From Oscillospiraceae bacterium (GTDB taxonomy: Bacteria > Bacillota > Clostridia > Oscillospirales > Acutalibacteraceae), in assembly GCA_022508865.1 (NCBI GenBank), contig JAFLUK010000002.1, positions 1 to 39,574 on the forward strand: a stretch of DNA of 39,574 nucleotides, read 5' to 3'. Below, piece after piece: positions 9,428-19,349 of this stretch (positions are counted from its first letter, which is position 1; each line of letters starts with the position of its first letter). The translations under genes were made by a program, and so were the position numbers. The notes beneath the pieces are model-generated. The model did not search any database. It was not told where the DNA came from and was given only the letters and a program-made list of their open reading frames with translations.

Positions 9428-12400
9428 TTGACAAAATCACTGTTAAAAAACACATTTAGAGAAATAAGGAATTCAAAAGCAAGATTTTTTTCCATTCTTA
9501 TAATCATAGCCCTTGGTGTAGGCTTTTTTGCAGGTATAAAGTCAACGGCACCTTCTATGTATAATTTGGCTGAAACCTACTACAGTGGTAATAATTTAAT
9601 GGATTACAGACTTGTTTCCACGGTGGGTTTTGACGATGATGATGTAAAGGCTGTAAAAAGCCTCAGGGGTGTTACAGCAGTAATGCCCTCTTACTGTTGT
9701 GATGTGGTGGAAGAAGCAAACAGCGGTGGAGAAATTATCCATCTTATGTCCTTGCCAAAATCATTTGAAAAGGAAAAAACTATCAATACACCGGTTGTAA
9801 AAAAAGGCAGGCTTCCAAATAAAACGGGAGAAATTGCAATTGAAGAAGGAGCAATTTCGGGGAAAAAGTTAAAAATAGGAGAGATTGTGGAATTTAGACC
9901 ACAGGCAGGAGATACAGATATAACCACCGTTCTCAAAACATTAAAGTACAAAATTGTAGGAATTGTGGGCTCACCCCTTTATATTTCTTACCAAAGGGGA
10001 ACAACTACTGTAGGTGACGGAAAAATCAACCAATATATGTATGCCTGTCCGTCGGATTTTTCCTATGAAAGATATACGGAGTTGTATGTAAAAACCACTG
10101 CCTCTAATAATTCTGCCTTCTCTGAAGAATATAAAAATGAAATAGAAAAGTTTACTTCGGTTTTGAAAAATTCAGGAAAGGTGCGTTGTCAGTCCTTTAG
10201 CAAGGATGTTATCTCCAAGGCAGAAAAAGAACTTAACAGTGCAAAAAATAAATATAACTCAAGCAGCAAAAAAGTGTATAAAAAGCTGGCTGACGCTGAA
10301 AAAAAGCTGAAAAAAGGCGAAAAAAAGTATTATAAAGAGATAAAAAAGGCAAAAAAAGAGCTTAATCTTGCCAAGAAAAAGCTATCCCAAGGGAAAATTG
10401 ATTTAGAGCAGGGTTGGGCAACCTACTACAGTGAAATTGCAAAAGCTGAAAAAACTATTAAAGACGGGGAAAAACAGCTGAAAGAGGCTGAAAAAAAGTA
10501 TAAGACTGAAAAAGCAAAGTTTGATAAGGAAATTCCAAAGGCACAGGCAAAGATTGATAATGGCTGGGATAAATATAATGAAGCATACGAAAAATTTACA
10601 GATGAGCAGGAGCCTATGCTAAAGGCAGGCATAAATGCTGCCAAGGGGACAGTAGAGGTGCTTCAGTCGGCTTATGATTTGGTACCAGATGAAAGAATAA
10701 AAGAACAGCTCAACAGAGCAAAAATAACCCTTGCACAGCTTAAAAAGCAGTATTCCGATGCAAAGAGTAAACTTAAAAAAAGTCAAAACAAACTGGCAAA
10801 GGCACAAAAACAGCTTGACAAAAAAAGAAACGTAGCCGAATCAGAACTAAAAAGTGCAAAAGCACAAATCACATCCGGCAAGGCAGAGCTTGCAAGGAAC
10901 AAAGAAAAATTTGAAGACGAAAAAACCAGTGGATATAACAAGCTGATTGTAGCTGAAGAAGAGCTGGCAAAGGGTCAGAGTGAATATGAGAAAAGTGTAA
11001 AAACCTATAAAAAAGAAAAGGCAAAGGGTCTTAAAAGCCTGCAATCCGGAGAAGAAGAATATCAGAAGCAAAAGGCCGGGGCAGACAAAAAATTTGCAAA
11101 GGCTTACAAAAAAATACAGAACAGCGAAAAACAGCTTAAGGCAATGAAAAACCCTAAATGGTATGTTTTTAATCGTGATGATAATCCAGGGTATTCCACA
11201 TTTTCTCAAAATGCAGACAGGCTTGACGCCGTTGCATCGGTATTTCCTGTTTTCTTCCTGCTTGTGGCGGTTCTGGTTTGTGTTACCACAATGACACGAC
11301 TGATTGAAGAAAAACGTACAGAAATAGGTACTTTCAAGGCGCTGGGCTACAGTAACAGAAGTATTATTATAAAGTTTATTACCTATTCTCTTACGGCAGG
11401 TGTAGCAGGTAGTATTATAGGCACTGTGTTAGGTGTAATTTCTCTGCCCTTTGTAATTTATGAAACATATAAGATAATGTATTACATTGGAGATATTACT
11501 CTTGTTCTTCATATTCCAAGTATTATAATCGGTGTGCTGGCGGCTGTTCTGTGCACAACAGCAGTGACTGTAATTGTGTGTTGGAATTCCCTCAGACAAA
11601 AGCCCTCTGCCATTATGCGGCCAAAGGCACCAAAGGCAGGAAAAAGGATTTTTCTTGAACACATCAAACCTCTTTGGAACAAAATGAACTTTACTGCAAA
11701 GCTCACCGCCCGAAATTTGTTGAGATACAAGTCAAGGCTGTGTATGACGGTTATTGGTGTTGCAGGATGCTGTGCGTTGATTGTTGCAGCCTTTGGACTT
11801 ATGAACAGCTTTGACCCTCTTACAGAGGATCAATTCCAGACAATATATAAGTACAACACAACAGTAGTTACCAAGGAAAGCGGAACAGAAAAGGAACTGG
11901 AGTATCTTACCCGTATTGTAAAGAATGACAGCAATGTAAAGCACTACAGTTTGGCAATTCAGGAAGAAACCTGTGTTAAATTTAAAAAAGTAACAAAGCA
12001 GGACGGAACATACATAACAGTTTTGCAAAATTTGAAGGACTTTAGTTCCCTGACTTCTCTCCACACAAGAACAGGAAAAAAGGAGATTACTTTAAGAAAC
12101 GATGGTGTTCTTATTAACGAAAAGCTGGCGGAAGAAATGGGTATTTCTGTGGGCGACAGCATTTCTGTGGGAGAATCGGATAATATGGCTACAGTAAAGG
12201 TACAGGGTATTTATGAGCAGTACATAAATAACTATATCTATATGACACCGACTCTGTACAAAAGCCTCTACGGACATGAGGTTAAGTACAATATAATGAA
12301 TGTTGCCCTTGGGGATACTTCTGAAAAAGCAAAAACCTTATTTAGCGGAAAATGCCTTAAAAACGAGAAAATTGTTGCCGTCAGCTATATTGACTCTGTA

Positions 12401-12832
12401 CTTGAGGATTTTCGCAATATGTTAGATTCGCTGAATATGGTTGTGGTAGTTATGATTATCTGTGCGGCGGCACTTGCATTTGTAGTACTGTATAATCTGA
12501 CAAGCATAAATATAGGAGAACGTGTACGTGAAATTGCTACCTTTAAGGTGCTTGGCTTTTATAACAAGGAAACATCAGCCTTTATATTTATAGAGAATAT
12601 TGTACTTACCCTTTTGGGTATAGGGGCAGGTCTTGTTCTGGGAGTTTTTCTGACCGATTTTATAGTTCAGACGGTAGAAATAGACAACATTATGTTTGGC
12701 AGAGAAATTTTTGTTTCAACATATTTTTATGCCGCAGGGCTTACAATAATTTTCTCTCTTATGGTGCTGTTTGTAATGCGTTTCAAAATAAAGGCTATTA
12801 ATATGGTAGAGAGCCTTAAAAGTGTTGAATAA
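9428..12832 (+). CDS. FtsX-like ABC permease (two halves) with long Lys-rich coiled-coil insert
   Basis: RTEIGTFKALGY and REIATFKVLGF motifs, two sets of TM helices, >300-aa K/E/A heptad region; AGGAGG before TTG 9428. Confidence 0.92.
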   Translation: MTKSLLKNTFREIRNSKARFFSILIIIALGVGFFAGIKSTAPSMYNLAETYYSGNNLMDYRLVSTVGFDDDDVKAVKSLRGVTAVMPSYCCDVVEEANSGGEIIHLMSLPKSFEKEKTINTPVVKKGRLPNKTGEIAIEEGAISGKKLKIGEIVEFRPQAGDTDITTVLKTLKYKIVGIVGSPLYISYQRGTTTVGDGKINQYMYACPSDFSYERYTELYVKTTASNNSAFSEEYKNEIEKFTSVLKNSGKVRCQSFSKDVISKAEKELNSAKNKYNSSSKKVYKKLADAEKKLKKGEKKYYKEIKKAKKELNLAKKKLSQGKIDLEQGWATYYSEIAKAEKTIKDGEKQLKEAEKKYKTEKAKFDKEIPKAQAKIDNGWDKYNEAYEKFTDEQEPMLKAGINAAKGTVEVLQSAYDLVPDERIKEQLNRAKITLAQLKKQYSDAKSKLKKSQNKLAKAQKQLDKKRNVAESELKSAKAQITSGKAELARNKEKFEDEKTSGYNKLIVAEEELAKGQSEYEKSVKTYKKEKAKGLKSLQSGEEEYQKQKAGADKKFAKAYKKIQNSEKQLKAMKNPKWYVFNRDDNPGYSTFSQNADRLDAVASVFPVFFLLVAVLVCVTTMTRLIEEKRTEIGTFKALGYSNRSIIIKFITYSLTAGVAGSIIGTVLGVISLPFVIYETYKIMYYIGDITLVLHIPSIIIGVLAAVLCTTAVTVIVCWNSLRQKPSAIMRPKAPKAGKRIFLEHIKPLWNKMNFTAKLTARNLLRYKSRLCMTVIGVAGCCALIVAAFGLMNSFDPLTEDQFQTIYKYNTTVVTKESGTEKELEYLTRIVKNDSNVKHYSLAIQEETCVKFKKVTKQDGTYITVLQNLKDFSSLTSLHTRTGKKEITLRNDGVLINEKLAEEMGISVGDSISVGESDNMATVKVQGIYEQYINNYIYMTPTLYKSLYGHEVKYNIMNVALGDTSEKAKTLFSGKCLKNEKIVAVSYIDSVLEDFRNMLDSLNMVVVVMIICAAALAFVVLYNLTSINIGERVREIATFKVLGFYNKETSAFIFIENIVLTLLGIGAGLVLGVFLTDFIVQTVEIDNIMFGREIFVSTYFYAAGLTIIFSLMVLFVMRFKIKAINMVESLKSVE

Positions 12833-12848
12833 GGGTTGTTTTAATAAT

Positions 12849-13865
12849 ATGCTGAAGATAAAACCTGATTATTATGACAAATTTAAATGCTTAAAGGGCA
12901 AATGTCCATCTTCCTGCTGTGAAAAATGGCAAGTTGTAATTGATAAAGATACTCTGGACTATTATAATAGCCTGCAAAGTGACTTTGGAAAAAGATTAAG
13001 GGGAGAAATAGTCTTTTCTGACGGAGACAGCTGTTTTAAGATTCACAGTGATAGGTGTGCCTTTCTTAACTGTGAAAATCTCTGTGATATCCACTGCAAT
13101 CTCGGGCAAAACCATATGGCAAAAACCTGTGTGAAATATCCCGATTTTACAGTGGGAAATCATACTGTTACAGTTTGTGGACAATCAATTTCCTGTCCCT
13201 ATGTGGCGGAGAAAATTATTTGTAATAGAGATAAGGTTGTGTTTTTAAAAGAGGGCAATAAGGAAAATGATAAATACGAAAATCATTTTTGTGATATTTG
13301 GTTCAGTCTTATTAATATTGCTCAAAGCAGCAGTTCATCAATAGAGGAAAAAATACAAAGTCTTTTTGAAGAAGGGTTGACATTGCAAAAGTCCTTTTCC
13401 GATGAATTTTGCATTGAAGGTGTATTTTTCCCTGAAGATAGCAAGGGTTTATCCCATTGGTGCGACACACTTTCCTGCCTTGAATACCTTACAGATGAAT
13501 GGAAAAACCTTGTTGAGAAATTATGTGTTTTTGCAGCGCAGGGAGAGGAAAATATTATTAAAGAAAAAGAAAGATTTGCAGAATATATTAATGACAGGGA
13601 ATATGAATACAGCAATATTTTAGTATACTTTTTGTACAGATATTTTATGGAGTATCTTGGGGAGGGAGATGTAATTCTTCCTTTGAGATTTGCAGTATAC
13701 TCAACCAGAGTAATTTACAGTATGGGTGTGATGATTTATAGCGAAAAGAGCAAATTTACAACGGATGACCAAATAAAACTGTGCTACCTTTTTGGAAAGG
13801 AAATTGAGCACAGCCAAAGCAATCTTGACAGTATTTTTGATGATTTGTCCCTTGGTATGATATAG
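12849..13865 (+). CDS. FliB-family (flagellin lysine-N-methylase-like) Cys-cluster protein
   Basis: PDYYDKFKCLKGKCPSSCCEKWQVVID, CAFL...LCDIH...TCVKYP, SCP and C-terminal KEIEHS typical of FliB family. Confidence 0.85.
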   Translation: MLKIKPDYYDKFKCLKGKCPSSCCEKWQVVIDKDTLDYYNSLQSDFGKRLRGEIVFSDGDSCFKIHSDRCAFLNCENLCDIHCNLGQNHMAKTCVKYPDFTVGNHTVTVCGQSISCPYVAEKIICNRDKVVFLKEGNKENDKYENHFCDIWFSLINIAQSSSSSIEEKIQSLFEEGLTLQKSFSDEFCIEGVFFPEDSKGLSHWCDTLSCLEYLTDEWKNLVEKLCVFAAQGEENIIKEKERFAEYINDREYEYSNILVYFLYRYFMEYLGEGDVILPLRFAVYSTRVIYSMGVMIYSEKSKFTTDDQIKLCYLFGKEIEHSQSNLDSIFDDLSLGMI

Positions 13866-13899
13866 AATAAATAGAAAAGCAAAATAAGGAGATAAATAT

Positions 13900-14631
13900 A
13901 TGTACGCAATAGAAACAAAAAAGCTCACAAAAATATATAAAGACATAAAGGCTGTTGACGGACTTAACCTGACAGTAAATCAGGGAGAGCTGTTTTCTCT
14001 TTTAGGTGTAAACGGAGCAGGCAAAACAACAACCATAAAAATACTCAGTACTCTTATTAAGAAAACATCAGGCGAGGCATTCGTCCTTGGCAACAGTATT
14101 GATAGTAATATTGATAATGTTAAAAATGTAATCAATGTATCCCCCCAGGATACCGCAGTGGCGCCAAACCTGACAGTAAGAGAAAACCTTGAATTTATTG
14201 CAGGGGTATATGGTGTAAAGGGCGACTGTGTAAAACAAAAAGTAAATGATGTTATGGAGCAGTTCAGTCTGAAAGAGGTAGAAAACCAAAGAGCAAAAAC
14301 ACTTTCCGGAGGCTGGCAAAGAAGATTATCTATAGCAATGGCGCTTATCAGTGAGCCAAAGGTCCTTTTCCTTGATGAACCAACACTTGGTCTTGATGTT
14401 CTTGCAAGACGAGAACTGTGGAGAATAATAGAAAAACTAAAGGGCAAAATCACGATTATACTTACTACCCACTATATGGAGGAGGCGCAGGCTCTTTCCG
14501 ACAGAATCGGAGTAATGGCGAAGGGTAAGCTTCTGACAACGGGAACACCGAATGAACTTATGGAAAAAACAAATTCCCATAATATAGAAGAAGCATTTGT
14601 AAAAATAGCAGAACAGGAGGTAATATTATGA
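13900..14631 (+). CDS. ABC-2 type exporter ATP-binding protein
   Basis: GVNGAGKTT, LSGGWQRR, LDEPTLGLD, TTHYMEEA. Confidence 0.95.
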   Translation: MYAIETKKLTKIYKDIKAVDGLNLTVNQGELFSLLGVNGAGKTTTIKILSTLIKKTSGEAFVLGNSIDSNIDNVKNVINVSPQDTAVAPNLTVRENLEFIAGVYGVKGDCVKQKVNDVMEQFSLKEVENQRAKTLSGGWQRRLSIAMALISEPKVLFLDEPTLGLDVLARRELWRIIEKLKGKITIILTTHYMEEAQALSDRIGVMAKGKLLTTGTPNELMEKTNSHNIEEAFVKIAEQEVIL

Positions 14632-15392
14632 GAGCAATGTTATTCAGCAAAAGAAATGCTAAAGAAATTTTAAGGGACCCCCTGTCCTATGTTTTTACTT
14701 TAGGGATACCTGTCATAATGCTGATAATTTTTCAGATTATAAACAACTGTGTTTCCGGTGAAGAAACCTACTGGTTCAGGCTGGAATATCTTGCTCCGGG
14801 TATTACTCTTTTTTCATTTTCCTTTGTAATGCTATATACAACAATCCTTGTGTCTACAGACAAGGACAAAACCTTTTTGTCAAGGTTGTACACCTCACCT
14901 ATGAAAACAAAGGACTTTACAATCGGCTACATTCTGCCGTCGTTGGTAATTTGTATAGGTCAGGCTGTTGTATGTTACGTTGCCGCAATTGTAATTTCTA
15001 TTATTACAGGGGCAGAGATAAGTTATCTTGGTTTGCTGCTTACAATACCTGCATATTTGCCTGTTATGCTTATGTTTGTTTGCTTTGGTATTATGTTCGG
15101 CAGTTTGTTCAGCATAAAGTCGGCACCCGGTATGAGTTCAATTGTAATTAGTGCCCTTGGCTTTGTCAGCGGTATTTGGATGCCTGTGGAAACTATGGGC
15201 AGTTATGAGAATGTATGTGAATGTTTACCATTTTACCCTGCAATAAAAATATGCAGAGGCATTGTTATAGGTCAGGATATTACTGATGGGAAAATCCCCC
15301 TGTATATTGGCATTATAGCTGCCTATATAGTTGTTGTTTTCGTATTGTCACTAATTTGCTTTCACAAAAAGACACGCAGTGATAATAAATAA
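14628..15392 (+). CDS. ABC-2 type exporter permease
   Basis: Six TM segments, RLYTSP and SGIWMP motifs; ATGA overlap with the ATPase gene. Confidence 0.9.
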   Translation: MRAMLFSKRNAKEILRDPLSYVFTLGIPVIMLIIFQIINNCVSGEETYWFRLEYLAPGITLFSFSFVMLYTTILVSTDKDKTFLSRLYTSPMKTKDFTIGYILPSLVICIGQAVVCYVAAIVISIITGAEISYLGLLLTIPAYLPVMLMFVCFGIMFGSLFSIKSAPGMSSIVISALGFVSGIWMPVETMGSYENVCECLPFYPAIKICRGIVIGQDITDGKIPLYIGIIAAYIVVVFVLSLICFHKKTRSDNK

Positions 15393-15408
15393 ATTTTACA
15401 TAATATAA

Positions 15409-15489
15409 GGCTGTTGCAAATGGAAAGCCCCCAAAAGTTATAGGAAAAACCTAACTTTAGGGGGCGTCAAAATCCATAATGCAACAGCC
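15409..15489. repeat. Nested inverted repeat (MITE/REP-like), likely also a bidirectional terminator
   Basis: Outer GGCTGTTGCA/TGCAACAGCC, middle ATGGA/TCCAT, inner GCCCCCAAAAGTTA/TAACTTTAGGGGGC; between convergent genes. Confidence 0.7.
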
Positions 15490-15505
15490 GATTTTTATGT
15501 GTATT

Positions 15506-15955
15506 TTAATTTTCTTCTATGTATTCTTCCATAATATCCCCTGCTATGCGGCATAGATCAGAGCAGGGTCTTTTTTTATAATAGCTTTCCGTTCTCTTTT
15601 CGGGAACAATTCCGTCTTCTTTTGTCAGACCAAGCAGTTCGCGGCAAATGACGGAATTACTTCCGTTTCTTTCCTTAAACATTTGTGCAAGGTGGTTTAT
15701 CCTTTGATATAGCAGTTTTTTGCCTTGGTAATCCTGTGAGTCGCTATATCCGTACAGCATATTGGCAATAAAAACCATTCCGCTAAAACAACCGCAAACC
15801 TCTCTCATTCTGCCAATGCCGCCGCCAAATCCCGACAGCATTTTTGCAAGAACGGGTTCTTCTATTCCCAGCTCCGGGGCGAATGCAAGGACGACGGCCT
15901 GACTGCAATTGTAGCCCTGTTTGAACAGCTGTTCTGCCTTTTCTCCTTTAGTCAC
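15506..15955 (-). CDS. C-GCAxxG-C-C family putative redox protein
   Basis: YNCSQAV, GFGGGIG-x4-CGCFSG, ICRELLG, RPC; GGAGG before GTG 15955. Confidence 0.88.
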   Translation of the reverse strand: MTKGEKAEQLFKQGYNCSQAVVLAFAPELGIEEPVLAKMLSGFGGGIGRMREVCGCFSGMVFIANMLYGYSDSQDYQGKKLLYQRINHLAQMFKERNGSNSVICRELLGLTKEDGIVPEKRTESYYKKRPCSDLCRIAGDIMEEYIEEN

Positions 15956-17174
15956 AAAGTTCCTCCAGTTGTTTTTTGAACTCGGCAAGTTTGATTTTTG
16001 CTTTCTTTACCTTTTGTTGTGCTTCCTCGGTAAAAATGCCTGTATTCTTGTCGATAATACCCTGTTGGGTTTCTATAAAATGTTCCAGTACTTTTCTTCG
16101 CAGGTCACTGGTTTCTTCGTCGCTGTACTTCTTTTTTGGTGTTACAGCCTCGGGGAAAATTACTTCCTTGCCGTTTTTTGCAACGGAAATATCGGGATTG
16201 TTTGTAAGGGTGATGTCCTCTGTCATAATGTTCATTATATTTTCGTTAAGCACAAGGTTGTAGCCCAAGGGATTAACTGCAATAGCAAAGAGATTATCAG
16301 TATCAAAAATTCTGTAAAGCTCCACAAACGGCAGTTCTATACATACCTTTTTGTCTGATGGGAGCTCATTATAGCCCTTCATAACAGGACTGTTAACAAA
16401 AAAATCGTATTCCTTGTGGTCGGTTGTAACAGGAAGTACCTGTTGTCCCTCAACATTGGTATTGAGGAACGGATACTTTATTTGCATTTGATTTTCATTT
16501 TTGTTCTGTACAATGGCAGGAACAAGATATTTTGCATTGTGTATAGCCTTTGTAATGGGGCTGTCCTTTTGGATTACAACACCCTTGTTATCCTTGCCGA
16601 ATCTGTGAGCCTCCTGTAAAAATACCAGTGACTCAATATATAAATCAGGGTTTGTGGTAGTTTTTATTTTGTCTGCTTTCAGTATGGTATCTCTTGGAAT
16701 TGTAAGGGGAGTAAGTCTGCCGTCTGTAAACTGAACACCCTTAAAACCTGTTCTGGGCATATCCTCCACCATTGCAACAAATTCCTTGTTACTGATTTCT
16801 CTGATTTCTATATCAAAGTTCTGTTTTTTCAGACTTTCCAGAAGATAATCTGCTTCGCTGTAGTCCACAAGAACAATTGCATACTTGTTCATGGAGTAAA
16901 AGTGGTTTGTAGCCGAGGAGATAACCACCCAAAATCGTTCCAGCTTCATAATCTTTTCCAAAGTCTGCATACGGAAGTGAATATCATATTCTGTAAAATA
17001 CTGTAAATCCTTTTCGTTATCCAGCTCTTTTGCCTTGGGAATACAGTTGTGCTCCAGATAATCTATGAAGCAAATGTTTTCTGTAACTGTGGCCTTTTCC
17101 ATTGTTTCCCTGCCGTGATCGTGAGATTCAAAAAAGGATTTAATAATTTCCTGCATTCTTTCGTTTTCTATCAT
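15948..17174 (-). CDS. SseB-family protein (probably tandem SseB-like domains)
   Basis: NPDL..FLQE, AKYLVP, VLPVTTD and IAVNPLG motifs recalled from the SseB N-terminal domain; GAGG RBS. Confidence 0.7.
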   Translation of the reverse strand: MIENERMQEIIKSFFESHDHGRETMEKATVTENICFIDYLEHNCIPKAKELDNEKDLQYFTEYDIHFRMQTLEKIMKLERFWVVISSATNHFYSMNKYAIVLVDYSEADYLLESLKKQNFDIEIREISNKEFVAMVEDMPRTGFKGVQFTDGRLTPLTIPRDTILKADKIKTTTNPDLYIESLVFLQEAHRFGKDNKGVVIQKDSPITKAIHNAKYLVPAIVQNKNENQMQIKYPFLNTNVEGQQVLPVTTDHKEYDFFVNSPVMKGYNELPSDKKVCIELPFVELYRIFDTDNLFAIAVNPLGYNLVLNENIMNIMTEDITLTNNPDISVAKNGKEVIFPEAVTPKKKYSDEETSDLRRKVLEHFIETQQGIIDKNTGIFTEEAQQKVKKAKIKLAEFKKQLEELCD

Positions 17175-17207
17175 ATTATATAACCTCTGGTTTACTTAAA
17201 TATTAAT

Positions 17208-17957
17208 TTACATAAGAATTCCTGAATCCTTATCCATCTGTGCCACATATTTCTTTTTGTGGCGACGTTGCGTCGTATTTCTTCTGTAGGGCTTTAGCTT
17301 AAGGTAGACAAAGAAGAACAGCTTGAAGAATAAAAATATTATTGCGGCATATATAACTCCCCAGGCAAGGGTCGGTTGATAAAGACCAACCTCGGCTGAA
17401 GGGACAGGACTTTGTCCCGGCAAATATGTCAACCGTCCATAGGGGTCAATCCAATCTGCAAGAGAAGGCGAGAGAAATCTCAATATACCGGTTTTTCCAA
17501 GCAAAAACAGTCCCAAAAGGGGAAATTCCACTGCTGAAGCTACTTTTGGCAAGAACATCAGCAGAAATAGCAAAATAGGAATAGCCGCATATGTTACAAA
17601 TTCGGCAATGTTATTAACAAGGCCTGCCGCTATATAGTTAATGGGAAGAAACATTACAAGCATTGGTATTATAATGCAAAAAATCGGTTCAAAGGCTTTT
17701 CCAAAAAGCTTCACAAATATGTCTGTAAGGGTCATTGGAATATTCAGAATTTTAACAATCTTTTTTTGCTCACTTTTAGGAGATTTGTTTTTATCAACAG
17801 AATTTGAATTTAGCTTTTCTTCCTTTTTTGAGTCTTCTATCTGATGAGAATCCATCTTATTTACAGTGCCTTTGTCTGTTATTTCCTGACTTTTCATCTC
17901 TGCCCTTGTACTTTCAATAATATCGCTGACTTGCTGTTCTGTTAATTTTTTTGCCAC
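17208..17957 (-). CDS. Hypothetical membrane protein (paralog of 19940..20374)
   Basis: Charged N-terminus, ~4 hydrophobic segments, basic tail; GAGGTG before GTG. Confidence 0.8.
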   Translation of the reverse strand: MAKKLTEQQVSDIIESTRAEMKSQEITDKGTVNKMDSHQIEDSKKEEKLNSNSVDKNKSPKSEQKKIVKILNIPMTLTDIFVKLFGKAFEPIFCIIIPMLVMFLPINYIAAGLVNNIAEFVTYAAIPILLFLLMFLPKVASAVEFPLLGLFLLGKTGILRFLSPSLADWIDPYGRLTYLPGQSPVPSAEVGLYQPTLAWGVIYAAIIFLFFKLFFFVYLKLKPYRRNTTQRRHKKKYVAQMDKDSGILM

Positions 17958-18025
17958 TATGCTTCACCTCTGACAGGTAATTGTTACCTTTATATTTTCA
18001 CCTGTTTATTCAGTGTATATTTTCT

Positions 18026-19192
18026 TTATTCATTGCCTACAAGCTGTACGGTGTCTACAACCTTGCCGTTATAATAGTACACTCTTGGTACTCGCTTACC
18101 AATATCGCATACAAATTCATAGTTAAAACTGCCTGCAAGGTCAGCAACACAATCACAGCTGATTTCTTCTTTGCCGTCCTTGCCCATAAGTGTTACAGTA
18201 TCTCCTGTCACAACACCTTTGATGTGTGAAACATCCACCATAAATTGATCCATACAAACTCTGCCTATTATAGGAGCTTTCTCTCCCTTTATAAGCACAA
18301 ATCCCTTGTTGCTGAGGGTTCTGGGATAGCCGTCTGCATAACCCACCGGAATGGTGGCAACAACAGTTTCCCTATCTGTAATATATGTTCCGCCATAGCC
18401 TATAGGAGTGCCCTTTGGCACAGTTTTTACGTAGGAAACAGCAGACTTCCACTGCATTGCAGGTTCAAGAGAAAAGTTTTTCTTGTCCATTTCTGCACTG
18501 GGGTACAGACCATAGGTAATAATACCGCAACGGACCATTTCCAGGTTCATTTCCGGAAGCTCCATAATAGCCGCAGAATTACTGATATGACGGTTTGGAA
18601 TTTTTATTCCCTGCTGTTCAAGTTTTATGGTAAAAGTAATGAATCTGTCATACTGTGTCTTTGCAAAGGTTTTATCCTTTTCATCTGCTCTTGCAAGGTG
18701 AGAAAAAATTCCGTTTATCTCTATGTTTGGCAACAAAGAAATTTCTTTTATAATCCTTACACTTTCTTCATTGTCGGCAAAGCCGATTCGGCTCATACCT
18801 GTGTCCAGCTTAATGTGTATTTTTATTTTTTTATTGAGCTGACCGGCCTTTTCTGACAGAGCCTTTGCCATTTGGTATGAAAACACAGCAGGCATCATAT
18901 CATATTCAATAATCTGATTGTACTGCAGGGGATGAGTGTAGCCCAAAAGAAGTATAGGTTTGTTAAACCCCGAATTTCGAAGGTCAACACCTTCCTCTAC
19001 TACAGCAACGGCGTAGCCGTCTATAAGGTCATTACAGTATTTTGCAATTTGTTTTGCACCGTGACCATAGCCGTCTGCCTTAATAACCGCAAACAGCTTG
19101 GTGTTGCTGCTTATTCTTCTCTTAACAAGGGCAAGGTTATTGTGAATGGCTGTCAGGTCTACATCGGCCCTGACACGCATATATTTTTTCAT
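18026..19192 (-). CDS. alr: Alanine racemase
   Basis: AVIKADGYGHG (PLP lysine), KLDTGMSRIG, SNSAA, IGYG, GYADG, GRVCMD; start 19192 preferred, 19222 possible. Confidence 0.97.
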   Translation of the reverse strand: MKKYMRVRADVDLTAIHNNLALVKRRISSNTKLFAVIKADGYGHGAKQIAKYCNDLIDGYAVAVVEEGVDLRNSGFNKPILLLGYTHPLQYNQIIEYDMMPAVFSYQMAKALSEKAGQLNKKIKIHIKLDTGMSRIGFADNEESVRIIKEISLLPNIEINGIFSHLARADEKDKTFAKTQYDRFITFTIKLEQQGIKIPNRHISNSAAIMELPEMNLEMVRCGIITYGLYPSAEMDKKNFSLEPAMQWKSAVSYVKTVPKGTPIGYGGTYITDRETVVATIPVGYADGYPRTLSNKGFVLIKGEKAPIIGRVCMDQFMVDVSHIKGVVTGDTVTLMGKDGKEEISCDCVADLAGSFNYEFVCDIGKRVPRVYYYNGKVVDTVQLVGNE

Positions 19193-19240
19193 ATCAACAC
19201 TTCTTATATATCTTGTATTCATTGTGATAGCATTAATACC

Positions 19241-19269
19241 ATTATAACCTCCACAGAGATTATAATCAA
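19241..19269 (-). promoter_or_regulatory. sigma-A promoter of alr operon
   Basis: TTGATT-17 bp-TATAAT on minus strand. Confidence 0.65.
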
Positions 19270-19349
19270 GAAAAAAATAAAATGTTTACCTTATATGGTA
19301 CAAATAATTATTTTAGTATGATATAATCATAGTAAAGGGAGGGTTTTAT

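Noticed and set aside
10210-11150. A-rich repetitive DNA as tandem repeat or phase-variation tracts
   Set aside because: Explained by Lys/Glu codons of a coiled coil; frame intact, no exact repeat unit
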